Source of the DNA: an uncultured Alphaproteobacteria bacterium
GTDB taxonomy: Bacteria > Pseudomonadota > Alphaproteobacteria > Rs-D84
Assembly (NCBI GenBank): GCA_963931495.1
Contig: OZ007020.1
Coordinates: forward strand, 510,001 to 542,000
Length of the DNA stretch: 32,000 nucleotides
Reading direction: 5' to 3'
In this document: positions 16,212 through 26,376 of the stretch, piece after piece
Numbering within the stretch: the first letter of the stretch is position 1
Layout: each line of letters starts with the position of its first letter
Program-made: the position numbers and the translations under genes
Notes under the pieces: generated by a model
Database searches by the model: none
The model's input: only the letters and a program-made list of their open reading frames with translations
Told to the model about the DNA's origin: nothing

Positions 16212-17744
16212 ATGAAAAATAAATCTGTTATGTCTTGGCGTTTTTTATCATATGCATTGGCAATGGTATCGGCGGTCACGTTGGGGGGCTGTGCCGGCAG
16301 TAATACGGATGGTGCGTATGTGCCAATGGAAACACCAACGGTTGATTATATTGAAACGTTGGATGTTTATTCGGCACCACACCAGGATTCCTTTTTGAAC
16401 CAGTTGGCGATGAATTATCGGTCGTATGCAATATATAATGCGCGTACCAGTGGATATCCAGAAATGGGCGAATTGTTTGCACAAAAGGCTGTGGCGGCGT
16501 TCGCTGGGGAATTGCCGTTTCCAGAAACGCTGGAAAATTGGCCGGTGGCAGATGAACAAGAATCGTTTGCGTTGTATTCGGCGTATAATGATTTGATGAC
16601 ACAATTGCAAAATGATGCCAGTATGACGAATCCGCAGTTGGCGGCCGAAGCCCAGGCAAAGTTTGATTGCTGGTTGTCGGCAACCGCCAGTGGACAATTT
16701 GCAACCGCGAATGAGTGTCGTGACCGGTATTATAAAACAATGAATGCATTGCGGGATTGTGTTGGTGGCAAGGTTATCAGTAACAATACTGCGCAGTTGA
16801 TGCAGACAACACAAACAACGTCTGAAACAACAGTTACGGAAAATTCTGGGACAATGACGGTTGCGGTTGAACGCAGCAGGGATGTTAATGCGTATTACCC
16901 AGACACCCGTAATCTGGCAGAGATGCGTACTGCGTCCAAGGCGCGCGAAGGGGTCATAATTGTTAATAATGTTAATGTGCCAGAACATTTGATTAATCCG
17001 GTGCCAGTTCAACCGATGGTATTTAATCAGAATATTTATGGCGGTGACAAAACCATGAATGACAGCAGTGTGACAAATGAATGCACCGGTGGGGTCAATT
17101 GCCCACAACCACAACCGCAATTACAAGAAGAACAAATTCCGGCGGTCAGTGACGAAGTTGTTACACGTGAAGAATTTATAAATATGATGATGGCAATGCG
17201 CGCAGAATTGGCGGCGATTAATGCACGGCTGGACCAAATCCAGGCGGCAAATGATGAAAAAACCATCATAAAAGTTCAGCAAATTCCGTTGGAACCCAAA
17301 CAGCATGTTATGGAAGAAGTCTTGGAAATTCGTTTTGATTTTGATAAATCAACGATAAAGCCGGAATATGAAGAACTGATAAGACAGTTGGCCACAGCAA
17401 CCCAGAATAATAAAAATATCAAGGTGTCTGTTGTTGGACATACCGATACAATGGGAACCAATGATTATAATTATGCGTTGGGTGGTCGGCGTGCCGAAGC
17501 GGTTCAGAAAATGTTGATTAAATATGGTATCCCGGCCAGTCAAATTGTTGCGGTGTCGGCCGGTGAAGAAGGTTTGGCCGTTCAAACAGGTGATGGTGTT
17601 GCGAATGCCGCAAATCGCCGTGTGCGGGTTGTCAAGGAAGTTCACTATACAGAACCAGCAAAACAGGCGCCTATTGCGGTCGTTGAAGAATATGTCGCAC
17701 CGGCCGACAGCGCAGTTTGCGGAATGTATGGATGCGAGCAATAG
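16212..17744 (+). CDS. OmpA-family lipoprotein (large N-terminal domain, PQPQPQ linker, C-terminal OmpA_C peptidoglycan-binding domain)
   Basis: Lipobox-like LGGC. The C-terminal IRFDFDKSTI...VVGHTDTMGTNDYNYALGGRRAEAV...NRRVRVV is the OmpA_C signature. Confidence 0.85.
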   Translation: MKNKSVMSWRFLSYALAMVSAVTLGGCAGSNTDGAYVPMETPTVDYIETLDVYSAPHQDSFLNQLAMNYRSYAIYNARTSGYPEMGELFAQKAVAAFAGELPFPETLENWPVADEQESFALYSAYNDLMTQLQNDASMTNPQLAAEAQAKFDCWLSATASGQFATANECRDRYYKTMNALRDCVGGKVISNNTAQLMQTTQTTSETTVTENSGTMTVAVERSRDVNAYYPDTRNLAEMRTASKAREGVIIVNNVNVPEHLINPVPVQPMVFNQNIYGGDKTMNDSSVTNECTGGVNCPQPQPQLQEEQIPAVSDEVVTREEFINMMMAMRAELAAINARLDQIQAANDEKTIIKVQQIPLEPKQHVMEEVLEIRFDFDKSTIKPEYEELIRQLATATQNNKNIKVSVVGHTDTMGTNDYNYALGGRRAEAVQKMLIKYGIPASQIVAVSAGEEGLAVQTGDGVANAANRRVRVVKEVHYTEPAKQAPIAVVEEYVAPADSAVCGMYGCEQ

Positions 17745-17763
17745 GGGGCAGGGTAAAAAGCAC

Positions 17764-17792
17764 TTGACAAAAAAATATATATAGTATATGTT
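17764..17792 (+). promoter_or_regulatory. Candidate promoter for the small ORF
   Basis: TTGACA (17764-17769), 17 nt, then TATGTT (17787-17792). Confidence 0.3.
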
Positions 17793-17830
17793 TTGTTTGT
17801 CAGAGAGATGTTGGTAAAGAGGCATTGAAC

Positions 17831-17977
17831 ATGACAGATATGGTAAATAAGTTTAATAAAGCCAAGGCCGCAATTGATAAAAGTGCGGGGTACAAAAAGG
17901 GTATGGCGGTGTTTAATTTGGCGGATGCATTTGGCAAGCGTGGTGTCAATGTCGTTAATCATCAGAATGAAAAATAA
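17831..17977 (+). CDS. Small basic protein (48 aa), unannotated in the ORF track
   Basis: My own translation gives MTDMVNKFNKAKAAIDKSAGYKKGMAVFNLADAFGKRGVNVVNHQNEK*. It sits between a candidate promoter and a clean terminator, with AAGAGG 8 nt upstream of the ATG. Confidence 0.4.
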   Translation: MTDMVNKFNKAKAAIDKSAGYKKGMAVFNLADAFGKRGVNVVNHQNEK

Positions 17978-17990
17978 GCAGGTATGTAAT

Positions 17991-18018
17991 AAAAAATGGG
18001 GACACACCCCATTTTTTA
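17991..18018 (+). terminator. Rho-independent terminator
   Basis: Stem aatgggg (17995-18001) / ccccatt (18007-18013), loop acaca, then a T-run. Confidence 0.65.
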
Positions 18019-18039
18019 TTTTAATAATTTTATTGTTCT

Positions 18040-18552
18040 GACGTAATGCCCCGGGCGTGGGCCCGATGGATGCAGACAACCCAAATCTTTTGTTCTAAGA
18101 CATTGGTATGGAATCAACGTTCAGTTCACATTATGTCTATCGCTGTCACATAGTTTTACCGACCAAATACCGTCGTAAAATATTCAATGATGACACGTTC
18201 AGTTTTTTCAAGAAATGCGTAGAAATAATAAGTAAACGTTACCCACAGATAGAAATAAACCACGATAGAGACCATGTACATATGTTGATATCAGTAGCAC
18301 CGTCAATATCTGTGGGTAACGCAGTTCGTATAATAAAAACAAATACCATCAGGCAGATGAGAGAATGGGACGCATTTCTTGAAAAAAACATATTTTAGAC
18401 ACGACGGTATTTGGTCTGATGGGTATTTTGTATCAACGGCGGGGATAGACGAAACGATAATCAAAAATATATTGAACAACAGGGGCAAAAAGATTTGGGA
18501 CGACCGAAAGTCGTGTGGTAGCCAATACCCCGGGTGTGGGCCCGGTGTGTTA
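18040..18552 (+). mobile_element. IS200/IS605-family insertion sequence (compact, decayed)
   Basis: A Y1 HUH transposase gene is flanked by near-identical same-orientation subterminal hairpins: ccccgggcgtgggcccgatg (18049-18068) and ccccgggtgtgggcccggtg (18528-18547). There are no terminal inverted repeats, as expected for this family. Boundaries are approximate. Confidence 0.75.
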
Positions 18553-18567
18553 TTATTTTTTAGATGA
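18108..18567 (+). pseudogene. tnpA: IS200-type TnpA (Y1 transposase), frameshifted
   Basis: HUH motif (DHVHMLIS) in ORF 18108-18398. The catalytic-Tyr region (GIWSDGYFVSTAG) is in the +1-shifted ORF 18379-18567. The frames switch at gaaaaaaac (A7, 18382-18388). Confidence 0.8.
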
Positions 18568-18753
18568 CCAAAACAGTGCCCACAGCCATCCAATCCCCGT
18601 CCACAGAAACAGCCAACTGCCCAAGCGAACCAGAATCATATCATTTTTACCGCGCCCATTTTGGCGCGCCAGCCATGCCGGAGCCAAAAATATTGCCATT
18701 GTTATCGCAATCGCCAGAATGTATTTCAAAATCAAGATAATATCTATCTGCAT
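18553..18753 (-). CDS. Small two-TM membrane protein resembling the superinfection-immunity (Imm_superinfect) family
   Basis: FLAPAWLARQNGRGKNDMILVRLGSWLFLWTGIGWLWALFWS resembles the family pattern P..iA..R......I..N...GWT.iGW..AL.WA, from memory. No obvious SD. Confidence 0.45.
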   Translation of the reverse strand: MQIDIILILKYILAIAITMAIFLAPAWLARQNGRGKNDMILVRLGSWLFLWTGIGWLWALFWSSKK

Positions 18754-18763
18754 ATTTTATTGG

Positions 18764-18787
18764 GGCGGGGCGGTTTTATGCCCCGCC
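18764..18787. terminator. GC-rich stem-loop between eno and the small membrane-protein gene
   Basis: 8-bp stem ggcggggc (18764-18771) / gccccgcc (18780-18787), loop ggttttat. There is no U-tract on the minus strand, so its terminator function is uncertain. Confidence 0.35.
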
Positions 18788-18794
18788 GTGTTTG

Positions 18795-20072
<1,278 letters not shown>

Positions 20073-20173
20073 TTAATCCTAAAAAATATTAACAAATTGT
20101 ACTTTCATTCTTGTCTTATTTGACGAAGTGTGCAATAATATAATCATAAAACCGATTGGAAGAAAATAAAAAT

Positions 20174-23100
20174 ATGATGAAAAAAACAATATTTTTTATG
20201 CTGTGCATGTCGCCATTGGCGGTTAATGCAGAAATTATCAAAATCCCAGAAAATGATATGTTTGGTGCAGGGCCAACGTATACGATGGATGGACTGACGG
20301 CGACCGATGATACGTATGTTTTTACATCGGGCACCAGTATCCAGGCCGGCAGTGGCGGAATCACGGCAACTGGGGATTTCTATGTCGGACGTGACAGTTC
20401 TGATCCTGTGACGGGGGGGTATATTTATTTGACATCTGGGGTTAGTGACCTGTTCAATGTACGCAGTGATGGGGATATTTCAATCGGTGGTTCATTGGTG
20501 TTGGATACCGGGTTGTATATTGGTGAAACAACCGGTGGTGGGGATGCGATTTCGTTGGTTTCAATTGGTGGCAATATCACGGCAAATGCCGAATTTTCCA
20601 TAGATGGTACAGATAAATTGTCTGTGGATGGCGCAATCAGCAGTACGGTTGATCTGGACATTGATGTTGGGCAATTGACTGTTGGTGGGGCGTTGACGCT
20701 GGGGGGGACCAGTGCTATAAATGCGTCCACTGGGATGGATGTTGGTGGAATTACCGCCACAGGGGATAATGCATCAACAACAATTATTGTTGGAACGCCG
20801 GGCAATGGGGCTGATTTGACAGTGTTTAATCCGGATGCAGATGTTGATACCGGAAATATCCAAAATCTGGCCGGGACAATGACGATTAATACCAATGGTG
20901 GCAGTATATCGGCCAACAGTATTGAAAATTCTGGGACGGCGATGAACATTACAGCGGGTGATGTTACAGTGGCCGGAACAATGAAAAATGATACGGCGGG
21001 CACAGATTTAAGTTTAACGTTAAACAGTTTAACCATATCCGGTAAGGATCCAGAAAAGGGTGCATCATTGGTTCTGGCCGGTGATTTTTACGCATATATT
21101 ACGGGCGCAACACATCTGGAATATGGTTTTACGTGGGGTGACGATACAAATTACAATCGTGAATTTGTTTTGCATACGGGTTCGTTATCGTTTGGTGACG
21201 ATGCCGGGGATGCGTGGACGCGTGTGTTCACAAATGACCTGAACAAATTTGAATTGGTGGTTTCGTCGGGGGGCATTGATGTGCCGGTTATCTTTAATGG
21301 TCAAAATAATGATATGGCCAATATGACAATTGTGGCCCAGACGATAAATGCGGATTCTGTGACAAATGCCGGTAATCTTTTAGATATATCAACAAGTGCG
21401 GCAAATGGTGGAAATATCGTAATTGGGCCAGATGATGTGTCTGATAACCCAGATACTGTATTAACCGGCGAATCGGGTTCAACAACCAATGTGGTGTCCA
21501 ATCAGACATTGGATATTAATGGCAGTGTTTCTAACAGTGGGAACATGACCCTGAATGGTGGTGTTGTTAATATCGTCAGTGTATCTAATACAAATAATGG
21601 TGATTTGGACATCGTTGCACCAACAAACAAGACAGGACAAATAAATATATCTGGGAATGTCACAAATGAATCGGGCACCACGGATATCAATGGAAAAAAT
21701 CTTTCTATTGACGGGATTTTAACAAACACGTCGGGCACGACAACTATCCAGGCGTCTGATAAAGATAACGGCAGTTTGACAATCGGAACCATCTTTGCAA
21801 ATGGCGGAACGTTGAATGTGAATGCGCTGATTGGTTCGGTTAATGTCACCAATGGTATAACAATCGCGGATAATGCGTTGTTGAATTTGGGGACGGCAAC
21901 AAATAAGTTGGTTGCCGGTGGTACAATCAGTATCGCTGGGAATTTTACAATGGGGAATACGGTTCCTGGGGGGGGTCATGGTGATATGAATGTTTCGGCA
22001 ATCGCCAATGGATTTGTATTGCAATCGGGCGGTGCGGGAACCGCCGGTACAATCAGTATTGGTGGTGGTGTAAATTTAACTTCTGGGGTGCCGGTAACGT
22101 TTGATGCAACCAATATCACAATCGGTACGTCGGTCAGTGCAAATGGCACAGGAACGCGTTTGAACTTTGGTACCGACCAGACATTTGATGTTGCCACCGC
22201 GGGCAGTCTGGCGGTCACAGGTGCGATGACGGTTGGTGATGGTGCCATAATTGATATCTATTCGGGAACGACCAGTGTGGCCAATTTAGATGTTGATGGT
22301 AAGTTAATTGTACATGGTAATACGCTGACGACGAAAAACGGATCAATTGATATTGATGGCGGAATTTATTTTGATGGCACATCAACAACGCAAAATATTG
22401 CGGGAATGATAGTTGATGTTGATGATACAACAGAATTTACACTGGCAACACAAAGCCCAACCAGCGGTGAAATTACAATCGGTGGGCCGGTAAAAATTTC
22501 CAATGGTAATTCGTTGACGTTGGATGCAGAACAATTTGTTGAAATATCTGGTGATGTGAGTGCGTTGGGAAATCTGGATATTTTGGCAAACGGTTATGTC
22601 AATGTTGGTGGCGGTGTTGTCAGTGCGGCTGATTTTACCATTGGTGGACAAAGTACAAATGTCACCAAGATTGATTTTACAGGTAACTGGACAAATGCCG
22701 GTACGGCACAGTTAAATGCGATAAATTCGGTTAATTTGGCGTCTGTGACGAATAATGTCGGTGGGGATTTGTCTGTGGCGGCGGCGGAAATTGATACCGG
22801 TGCAATCACAAATAATGCAAATATGGCGCTGGATGCGACGGGTAATATTCAAATTGATGGAATTATTGCCAACAAGGCGGGCGAATTAACAATTGACGCC
22901 GAAAATATTAATGCGGGTGCGGTTACAAATGCGGCGATATTGAATGCGGTTGCGCACGGTGGTGAAATTGTTTTGGGGGCGATAAACAACCAAAGCGGCG
23001 CGACATTAACGATTGGTGATGCAACCACGACAGTGATACAGACGGGTGGTATAACAAATGCAGCAAATGCCAGCGCGGCGTTGTTGGCGTCGGGCAATAT

Positions 23101-26100
23101 AACTGTTGGTGGTAACATTATTAACAATGGCACGACGTTGGGAATAACGTCCAGTAATGGCAATGTCCAGATGGGCGCGGTTACGGCCAATGCCGGGACG
23201 GTGGCGATTACCGGCCAAGAAATAACGCTTGGTGGTGCGTTGACGATTGCAAAGGGTGCGGCAACAAATATTGATTCGGCCGATATCACGATAAATGGTG
23301 CGGTTGATGTTACAGGTGATGTTATCCAAGGGGCGGGTGCCGACGCATCGCCGGTTGGGGCATTGAATCTGGTGCAATCGGATATTGATGCCAGCATGAC
23401 CAGTCTGGTCGCCAGTGGCAATTTTATCGCGAATGCGAATACCACGGGCGTTTACACAATTGCCAATAATGCCGGGTTTGCCGGTATGAATATCAACGAT
23501 GGCGCCCAGGTTACCATGAATACCAAGACTGGTGGCGTTGATATAACAAACGGATTAAGTGTTGGTGTTGGTTCAACGTTGGATATGCAGATTGGTGCCG
23601 ACTTTTCGGTTCAGGCATTTGATGTTGCCGCCAATGCGGTTGTAAATATGAACGTCGCAACGGATGCGACGATGGCCGCGCTGACGACGGGTGATGCGTC
23701 GCAATTCACGATGGATATCGGGGGCAGTGCAACCATGGCGGATGTGACGGTGGGTGGTGCGTCACAGTTTAATATGGATATTGGCGGCGACACAGAAATG
23801 TCTGATTTGTCGGTTTCGGCCGGTGCGGACGCCACGATTGCATCGGTTGGTGCGGCCGAAATGATGAATTTGGATGTTGTTGGTAATTTGAAATTTACCG
23901 GTACAGGTGGGGTCACAATTGGTGGTAATGTAACGAATGCCGGGATTGCAACGGTTAATGGGGCGTATGTTGACGTTACTGGAACAGTGACGAATTCTGA
24001 TATTGGTTCGGTATTAACGTTTAATGCAGACAATGGTATAACGTTAACCAGTGTCACAAATAATGGAACATTGATTTTCAAAAATGTTGGCGATAACGGC
24101 ATTACGTTAAATGAATTTACCAATAATGGTAATTTGACGCTGGATTCAGGGGCCGGAATAACAACAATGTATACGGCATTTAATCCGGGTATGAATGGCA
24201 TTGTAACTTTGGATGGTGCCGGACTGTCAACGTTTACGGCAAATGTGGCCCAGCCGACGTATGCATCGTTTACGTTGGGGTCAATGCTGTACCAGAATCA
24301 ATTGGATAATTTGCTGGTCAAGGGTGATGTTAACATTACATCGGACAACTATGCCATATCGGCGGCGGATTTTACATCGCTGGGAATTCAACAGATTTAT
24401 GGGCAAATGGTTATTAACGCCAGCACAATTGACATTGATGGCAATGTCAGTGCGTACAGCGTTATGAATTCTGATTCTGATGTGTACCAAGGTATTATAT
24501 TTGCCGCCAATCCGGCAACCAAGTGGATGACGGTTGATATTGATGGATTTGTATCAGGTGGTGTGGATTTCATCGGATTAAAGGATATGAACATAACCGG
24601 TGATTATACGTTTGATAATAACAGTCGTATCAGCGCGGCGATATTACAACGCCCGGATGATACCAGTACACCGTCATATTGGGCGACCGTCAGTTTGGCA
24701 GACGACGAAACATTGGGCCAGATTACAAATGCTGAAAATGCCGAAGCGCTAATTACGGTTGGTGGTGAATTTATTTCGGATGTGACCGGGTTTGGGTTGC
24801 CATCGGTTGAAACGCCACTGAAAAATGGTCAAATGGGTATTACGTTGTTTGATACGGTTGACCAGGGTTCGGCAATATGGTTGGTTCATGCGGACGAAGG
24901 TATTCGCGAATTAAGCAATAAAATTCGTAATCTGAATGTTAATTTCTGTAACGCCGATGGTACAATGTGCATTAATTATTTGGACACGTTGAATAAATAT
25001 CCGGGGATGAGTGATATGAATGTGTCTGATACAGATTTGCCGGTGTATTTGTCGGTGCGTGATACAGACGAAGACGGTATCGCAGACAGTTTGTATATCG
25101 TATTTGATCCGCGCTTTGGTGGCCCGGTTGAGGTATTTAAGATCCAGCCGATTGTTGAACGCGCCGATCCGCATACCACGGGTGAATATGTTTCGGCGGG
25201 CGCAATTGATGATATGATAGAAGGCCAATTGATGGCCACCAAGTGGTACAGTGGTACCGCCATAGAATTAATACCGGAAATATTCAAAAATACGAATATG
25301 GAAGAAATGGCGAATGAATTGTACGACCGCATGGAATATTACAATATGGACCGCGATGGTGACCCGTTGGCCCGGTTCAGTCGCCTGTTCCAGGTGCGTG
25401 AATTGGAACAAATCGCAGGCAGCATTGCGTTAAATGAACATACGAATTTCCGTTCGTTTGAAGACAGAATGTTGGACGAATTCATATGGAATCGTAATCG
25501 CAGTTTGAAAAAGGCATGGGCGGATGTTGAATATGGATTGTTCAGTCAAGATGTATCGGACGGTAAACGTGTATATGGCGACAGATTCAGTGTATCGGCC
25601 GGATTTGATTGGCAAGATTCGGAAACACTGATTTTGGGCTTGACGGCACGTGCGTCAAATATGTCCAGTGATAATACCGACACTGTGGATTTAAGTTATT
25701 CAACAATTGTTAAATCGGGTAATGTTGATGTCAGTGTGTCTGATACCAATATTGGTTTGGGCGGATATCTGATGAAGACGTTCGGTGAAAAGACACGTAT
25801 GTATGGAAATCTGTTCTTTGATATGCATTTGTTTGATATCCAGCGTAATCAGACATTTGTTAATCAAATAGAAGGACGCGGTGATGCATTCAGTGTAATC
25901 AGCGAATGGGGATTGATGCATGATTGGTTGAATCAATACGTTGTTGGGAATGTGTACGCACGTGTTGGGTATAATTCTGGATTTTCTGTGACGGAACGTT
26001 CCGGTGGCCAAGATTATATGGAATTACAATCAAATGATTATTTGGTGTTAACACCGGGATATTCGTTGATTGCGCAAAAGCGCATATATACATCGCCATG

Positions 26101-26359
26101 GTTCCAGGTACGTCCATATTTGTCGGTTGGAATTGAATATGACGTATTGGGGGCGCCGAATTTTGCCGAATATAAATTTGCCGCGGCCAGTCGGTTTACA
26201 CAATATGATTTGGATTTGGATCCGTTGTGGGTAAATGGTGGTGGCGGAATTGAATTCTTGTCGGCATCGGGATTTCAAATGGGAATTGATTATCGTTACC
26301 AGTATAATAACGTAATTCAATTACATAATATCAAGGCGGCGTTGTCGTACAGATTCTGA
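20174..26359 (+). CDS. Giant autotransporter (type Va) surface protein, ~2061 aa
   Basis: Signal peptide MMKKTIFFMLCMSPLAVNA. The ~1500-aa passenger is Cys-free, rich in G/T/N/A/I/V, and has short degenerate beta-helix-like repeats. A linker domain follows, then a C-terminal beta-barrel-like region (about 25513-26356) with alternating hydrophobics that ends ...KAALSYRF. Confidence 0.85.
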   Translation: MMKKTIFFMLCMSPLAVNAEIIKIPENDMFGAGPTYTMDGLTATDDTYVFTSGTSIQAGSGGITATGDFYVGRDSSDPVTGGYIYLTSGVSDLFNVRSDGDISIGGSLVLDTGLYIGETTGGGDAISLVSIGGNITANAEFSIDGTDKLSVDGAISSTVDLDIDVGQLTVGGALTLGGTSAINASTGMDVGGITATGDNASTTIIVGTPGNGADLTVFNPDADVDTGNIQNLAGTMTINTNGGSISANSIENSGTAMNITAGDVTVAGTMKNDTAGTDLSLTLNSLTISGKDPEKGASLVLAGDFYAYITGATHLEYGFTWGDDTNYNREFVLHTGSLSFGDDAGDAWTRVFTNDLNKFELVVSSGGIDVPVIFNGQNNDMANMTIVAQTINADSVTNAGNLLDISTSAANGGNIVIGPDDVSDNPDTVLTGESGSTTNVVSNQTLDINGSVSNSGNMTLNGGVVNIVSVSNTNNGDLDIVAPTNKTGQINISGNVTNESGTTDINGKNLSIDGILTNTSGTTTIQASDKDNGSLTIGTIFANGGTLNVNALIGSVNVTNGITIADNALLNLGTATNKLVAGGTISIAGNFTMGNTVPGGGHGDMNVSAIANGFVLQSGGAGTAGTISIGGGVNLTSGVPVTFDATNITIGTSVSANGTGTRLNFGTDQTFDVATAGSLAVTGAMTVGDGAIIDIYSGTTSVANLDVDGKLIVHGNTLTTKNGSIDIDGGIYFDGTSTTQNIAGMIVDVDDTTEFTLATQSPTSGEITIGGPVKISNGNSLTLDAEQFVEISGDVSALGNLDILANGYVNVGGGVVSAADFTIGGQSTNVTKIDFTGNWTNAGTAQLNAINSVNLASVTNNVGGDLSVAAAEIDTGAITNNANMALDATGNIQIDGIIANKAGELTIDAENINAGAVTNAAILNAVAHGGEIVLGAINNQSGATLTIGDATTTVIQTGGITNAANASAALLASGNITVGGNIINNGTTLGITSSNGNVQMGAVTANAGTVAITGQEITLGGALTIAKGAATNIDSADITINGAVDVTGDVIQGAGADASPVGALNLVQSDIDASMTSLVASGNFIANANTTGVYTIANNAGFAGMNINDGAQVTMNTKTGGVDITNGLSVGVGSTLDMQIGADFSVQAFDVAANAVVNMNVATDATMAALTTGDASQFTMDIGGSATMADVTVGGASQFNMDIGGDTEMSDLSVSAGADATIASVGAAEMMNLDVVGNLKFTGTGGVTIGGNVTNAGIATVNGAYVDVTGTVTNSDIGSVLTFNADNGITLTSVTNNGTLIFKNVGDNGITLNEFTNNGNLTLDSGAGITTMYTAFNPGMNGIVTLDGAGLSTFTANVAQPTYASFTLGSMLYQNQLDNLLVKGDVNITSDNYAISAADFTSLGIQQIYGQMVINASTIDIDGNVSAYSVMNSDSDVYQGIIFAANPATKWMTVDIDGFVSGGVDFIGLKDMNITGDYTFDNNSRISAAILQRPDDTSTPSYWATVSLADDETLGQITNAENAEALITVGGEFISDVTGFGLPSVETPLKNGQMGITLFDTVDQGSAIWLVHADEGIRELSNKIRNLNVNFCNADGTMCINYLDTLNKYPGMSDMNVSDTDLPVYLSVRDTDEDGIADSLYIVFDPRFGGPVEVFKIQPIVERADPHTTGEYVSAGAIDDMIEGQLMATKWYSGTAIELIPEIFKNTNMEEMANELYDRMEYYNMDRDGDPLARFSRLFQVRELEQIAGSIALNEHTNFRSFEDRMLDEFIWNRNRSLKKAWADVEYGLFSQDVSDGKRVYGDRFSVSAGFDWQDSETLILGLTARASNMSSDNTDTVDLSYSTIVKSGNVDVSVSDTNIGLGGYLMKTFGEKTRMYGNLFFDMHLFDIQRNQTFVNQIEGRGDAFSVISEWGLMHDWLNQYVVGNVYARVGYNSGFSVTERSGGQDYMELQSNDYLVLTPGYSLIAQKRIYTSPWFQVRPYLSVGIEYDVLGAPNFAEYKFAAASRFTQYDLDLDPLWVNGGGGIEFLSASGFQMGIDYRYQYNNVIQLHNIKAALSYRF

Positions 26360-26376
26360 TGTGGTTGGTTAATAAG

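Noticed and set aside
16248-17120. 290-aa antisense ORF inside the OmpA-family gene
   Set aside because: It fully overlaps a CDS with a lipobox and a clear OmpA_C signature. Its translation is Cys/His/Arg/Ile-rich low-complexity sequence with no start context.
20425-24201. Long antisense ORFs (20425-21036, 22849-23445, 23611-24201) inside the autotransporter
   Set aside because: The Gly/Thr/Asn/Ala/Val-rich passenger codons (GGN/ACN/AAT/GCN/GTN) leave the reverse complement stop-poor. The translations are Pro/Val/Ala low-complexity, and the plus-strand gene is well supported.
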